A stretch of 64,000 nucleotides of DNA from an uncultured delta proteobacterium. GTDB taxonomy: Bacteria; Myxococcota_A; Polyangia; Fen-1088. The stretch covers positions 928,001 to 992,000 of the forward strand of contig CAVTRY010000011.1 of the NCBI GenBank assembly GCA_963737265.1, given 5' to 3'. This document shows positions 61,154 to 64,000 of the stretch, piece after piece (the first letter of the stretch is position 1; every line of letters starts with the position of its first letter). The notes beneath the pieces are model-generated. The model was not told the DNA's origin, did not search any database, and saw only the letters and a list, made by a program, of their open reading frames with translations. A program made the translations under genes and the position numbers.

Positions 61154-61786
61154 ATGACCGCCCAGTCTTCACAATTGGAGGACATCGCGCGGACTCTCGG
61201 ATTCACCCTGGATGAGCTTGCGCTCAATCGTACCGGACAGATCTCAGCACGACAGTCTTGGGAGAACGTGCGCCTAGCGGCCTGGGGAATGGGGCTAATC
61301 GTGGCGGTTATTGTGGCGATTCTAGTTCTTGTCTTCATAATCAAGCCGACAGGAATCCTGCGGCTCGTCAACTGTCTCTTTCTGATTCCTGGATTTCTTG
61401 TTGTGTCGTATATTGGCTGCGTCTGGATACGCGGTGTCATCGAGCGGAGGGTTCTTGTTACCGAGGGCAGCCTGAGTTTCCATGGTGCGGGGCGAGGACC
61501 GCCAACTATGGTCATCGGGCAAGCCAGAGTCCCGGCTCCGCCGCACGCGAACGCCGTCCTGACGGAGAACACGCCATACCGGGTGTTCTATCTCGCCCAT
61601 TCGAGAATCTTCCTCAGCATAGAACCCTTCGCCCGGACGCATCAGCAGGTGGAAGGAATTCCCGATGAGCCCTTCCGCGCAGACAGCAGAGAACCTAACG
61701 AAGACGCCAACCCTGTCTGCCGTGGGCGTGGTGCGGGCCCTGACGGCAATAGCTGGCGCGTCGGCGTGGCCGGAAAGGAAGCCTGA
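61154..61786 (+). CDS. 2-TM membrane protein, paralog 1 (candidate immunity)
   Basis: LGFTLDELALNRTGQIS, two TMs, then TEGSL...YRVFYL...FLSIEP. Confidence 0.7.
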   Translation: MTAQSSQLEDIARTLGFTLDELALNRTGQISARQSWENVRLAAWGMGLIVAVIVAILVLVFIIKPTGILRLVNCLFLIPGFLVVSYIGCVWIRGVIERRVLVTEGSLSFHGAGRGPPTMVIGQARVPAPPHANAVLTENTPYRVFYLAHSRIFLSIEPFARTHQQVEGIPDEPFRADSREPNEDANPVCRGRGAGPDGNSWRVGVAGKEA

Positions 61787-61843
61787 ATTGTCAACCGCGG
61801 ATGCACCCAGGATGCCGGGCCTGCATTTGGGGCGCATGTCCCA

Positions 61844-62332
61844 ATGACTGCTCAGCCTTCACAATTGGAGCACATCGCTCGGGCCCTCGGATTCACCCTG
61901 GATGAGCTTGCGCTCAATCGCCTTGGGCAGATCTCAGCCCATCAAGGATGGGAAATAGTACGCCAGGCGCTGGCCTTCGCCGGGGGCGCCTTGATGGGAA
62001 TCGGCGCGATCCTCGTCGTTGTCTTCCTAGTGAAACCAGTCGGGCTCTGGCGTCTGTGCTACGTATTGCTGGTAGCTGGGGCTGTGCTGATGATTGTCAT
62101 CGGGTCGCAGTCGATCGTGGCGGCCTGGCAGCACAAGGTCGTCAGTGCAGAAGGGGCATTGGATGTGCAAGTGTTTGGCCGAGGTGGCCCCATCATGTTC
62201 GTCGGCCGCGCGCATATTCCAGCGCCCACGGGAGCCGCGAGTGTTCTGACGAAAGGCGAGAATTACCGCCTCCATTACATCCAAGGCTTGGATCAATTCC
62301 TCAGCATCGAGCCGGTATCCAAGGCACCCTGA
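61844..62332 (+). CDS. 2-TM membrane protein, paralog 2 (candidate immunity)
   Basis: LGFTLDELALNRLGQIS, two TMs, then AEGAL...YRLHYI...FLSIEP. Confidence 0.7.
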   Translation: MTAQPSQLEHIARALGFTLDELALNRLGQISAHQGWEIVRQALAFAGGALMGIGAILVVVFLVKPVGLWRLCYVLLVAGAVLMIVIGSQSIVAAWQHKVVSAEGALDVQVFGRGGPIMFVGRAHIPAPTGAASVLTKGENYRLHYIQGLDQFLSIEPVSKAP

Positions 62333-62348
62333 GGGCAGAGTATCTTCG

Positions 62349-62891
62349 ATGGCTTCCTCCACTCCAATCGTCGCAGCAGCGACCGTGTCCATGGAAGACT
62401 TCGCCAAACGTGTCGGATTCACGTTAGAGGATTTGGCGCTCAATCGCGTTGGCAAAGTCGCACCCCACCAACTTTCCGAAAGCTACACACAAGCGGCAGG
62501 CCTCGCGGGGGTCGTTCTGATCATGTTGGGTTTCGTTCTGGTCCTTTCCTTCTTTGGAAAGGTAGGCGTAAAAGGAATCATCTTGGTTGTGGTTTTCTCA
62601 GCCTTGGGCGTCGTGTTTGCCGTTCTGTCTTGGAAAACCATGGCTGGGGCATGGAAACGCAACGTAGCCAGCGCCGAAGGAAATCTCGTATTAACCCATT
62701 CACCTGGCTCGGCCAGGCAGATTGTGGTTATCGGGTCGTACAACTGGCACATCGACCCGGGAACGCCAGTCCCCGCCGTGCTTGTTCCAGGCGCGCGCTA
62801 TCGTGTGTTCTATCTGGCTGGCTCCGACATGTTTCTTAGCATCGAACCGGTCGCTGATGCTCCCACCCTAGATCAAGGAAAGTCGCAATGA
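62349..62891 (+). CDS. 2-TM membrane protein, paralog 3 (candidate immunity)
   Basis: VGFTLEDLALNRVGKVA, two TMs, then AEGNL...YRVFYL...FLSIEP. Confidence 0.7.
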   Translation: MASSTPIVAAATVSMEDFAKRVGFTLEDLALNRVGKVAPHQLSESYTQAAGLAGVVLIMLGFVLVLSFFGKVGVKGIILVVVFSALGVVFAVLSWKTMAGAWKRNVASAEGNLVLTHSPGSARQIVVIGSYNWHIDPGTPVPAVLVPGARYRVFYLAGSDMFLSIEPVADAPTLDQGKSQ

Positions 62892-64000
62892 CGCCAGCCG
62901 AACCCGTCAAGGTCGAGAAACCAGCATCCAAGCCAGCGGTCTCGGCGGTACGCGTCGGGGGCGACCCCGAGGGTAAGGGGTGGCGTCTAGGCGTCATCGG
63001 CAAACGCACTTGGCGAGTCGTGCGAGGGCGTTGCGAATTGGCACCCGAGCAGGTTCCTCTCGTCGAAGAGCCGCTCTACGACGAACAGCGCGCGGTCCTC
63101 ATCCACGATGCAGACGTCTTGCTCAACCGCAGAAAGACAGACGTCGTCGTCCAAGGCCATGTCTATCCCACGGGCGGCCGGACGCCATTCGACTTTGGCG
63201 TTCAGGTCGGCAACTTGGTTCGTCTAGCCCGTGCCTTTGGCCCACGCAGCGTGGCGCCGAATCCAGCGACTGGCCGGCCGCGCTTTTCCGCGCCAGCTTC
63301 CATAGAAAAGATCTCCCTCACTTGGGAGAGTGCCTATGGCGGCGTCGACCTCGCCATGCGCGCCGAGGTAGGTGATCCATTCGAAGGCCCAATAAGGGAG
63401 GCTGGCGGTGAACCGGATCCCCGGTTCGGACTCTATGCCTATCCCCGCAATCCGGTCGGCCGCGGTTACGTCATCGAGCCGAGCAAGGCGGCGTTCGAAG
63501 CCTGCGAGTTGCCATTGCTTGAAGACCCCGAGTCGTTCCTCACGTCTGACAACTTGGTCCGAGGAGATTTCGTCCGCTGGCCCCAAGGCCCGGCCGTGGC
63601 CGGTTTCGGCTGGCTCTCCTACGCGTTCTTCCCCCGCAGCGCACTGCTAGGCGTTAAGCCCTTGGTGTACGACGGCGAAAACATCCCCCCATCGGGTTTT
63701 CGAGAGGTCAAGCGCGGTGACATGCATGATGCCGCCGTCCGCTCTGAGCGACCGATGACCGAGCGATTGGGAATCAAGGTGGCGCAAGCCTCAGCTATCG
63801 GCATGCGCACGGATTCCGTAGCCCCAGGCGATGTTGTCGCCTTGCACGGGCTGCACCCCCGCGAATTGCGCTGGACCTTCCGACTCCCTGCTGAAACGCC
63901 ACGCATGCACGTCCGTTTCAACGGCGAAAAGCCAATCGCCCTGCCTCCCCCGCTCATCCGGACCGTCCTTCTCGAACCCGACGAAGAGCGCCTGACGTTG
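62888..64000 (+). CDS. Second DUF2169-family protein (runs off the window end)
   Basis: ATG overlaps the previous stop. Manual translation gives GVIGKRTW, KTDVVVQGHVY, LTWESAYGG, YPRNPVGRGY, LPLLEDP. It is absent from the ORF track because there is no stop in the window. Confidence 0.85.
   Translation, partial: MTPAEPVKVEKPASKPAVSAVRVGGDPEGKGWRLGVIGKRTWRVVRGRCELAPEQVPLVEEPLYDEQRAVLIHDADVLLNRRKTDVVVQGHVYPTGGRTPFDFGVQVGNLVRLARAFGPRSVAPNPATGRPRFSAPASIEKISLTWESAYGGVDLAMRAEVGDPFEGPIREAGGEPDPRFGLYAYPRNPVGRGYVIEPSKAAFEACELPLLEDPESFLTSDNLVRGDFVRWPQGPAVAGFGWLSYAFFPRSALLGVKPLVYDGENIPPSGFREVKRGDMHDAAVRSERPMTERLGIKVAQASAIGMRTDSVAPGDVVALHGLHPRELRWTFRLPAETPRMHVRFNGEKPIALPPPLIRTVLLEPDEERLTL

Overview
GC-rich bacterial window with myxobacterial (Myxococcota/Polyangia-like) gene content; the taxon is an inference. 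(1) 1-10.5 kb is an accessory island abutting the 3' end of tRNA-Glu(CTC). It has nested ISAzo13/IS3 remnants, toxin-antitoxin debris, cargo genes, a complete IS3 with a 3-bp target duplication, and a compact rolling-circle module: candidate dso, HUH Rep, SSB-like protein, Xis and tyrosine integrase. No virion or conjugation genes are visible. (2) 10.5-44 kb is mostly housekeeping (4 tRNAs, RNase P RNA, fumC, coaD, rsmD, nadC, birA, uppP, uvrA, sodB, kinases), interspersed with TA modules, a 153-bp MITE-like repeat in two copies, and a nucleotidyltransferase gene flanked by a duplicated gene 3' end. (3) 44-64 kb is a type VI secretion locus (tagH, tssA, tssB, tssC, hcp, tagJ, tssE, tssF, tssG, clpV, vgrG). 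It is followed by a spike-like ORF, DUF2169, an uncharacterised PAAR-like/hydrophobic putative effector, three tandem paralogous 2-TM candidate immunity genes and a second DUF2169. Several frameshifts in conserved genes look like sequencing indels. All family calls come from motif recognition by eye; no searches were run.
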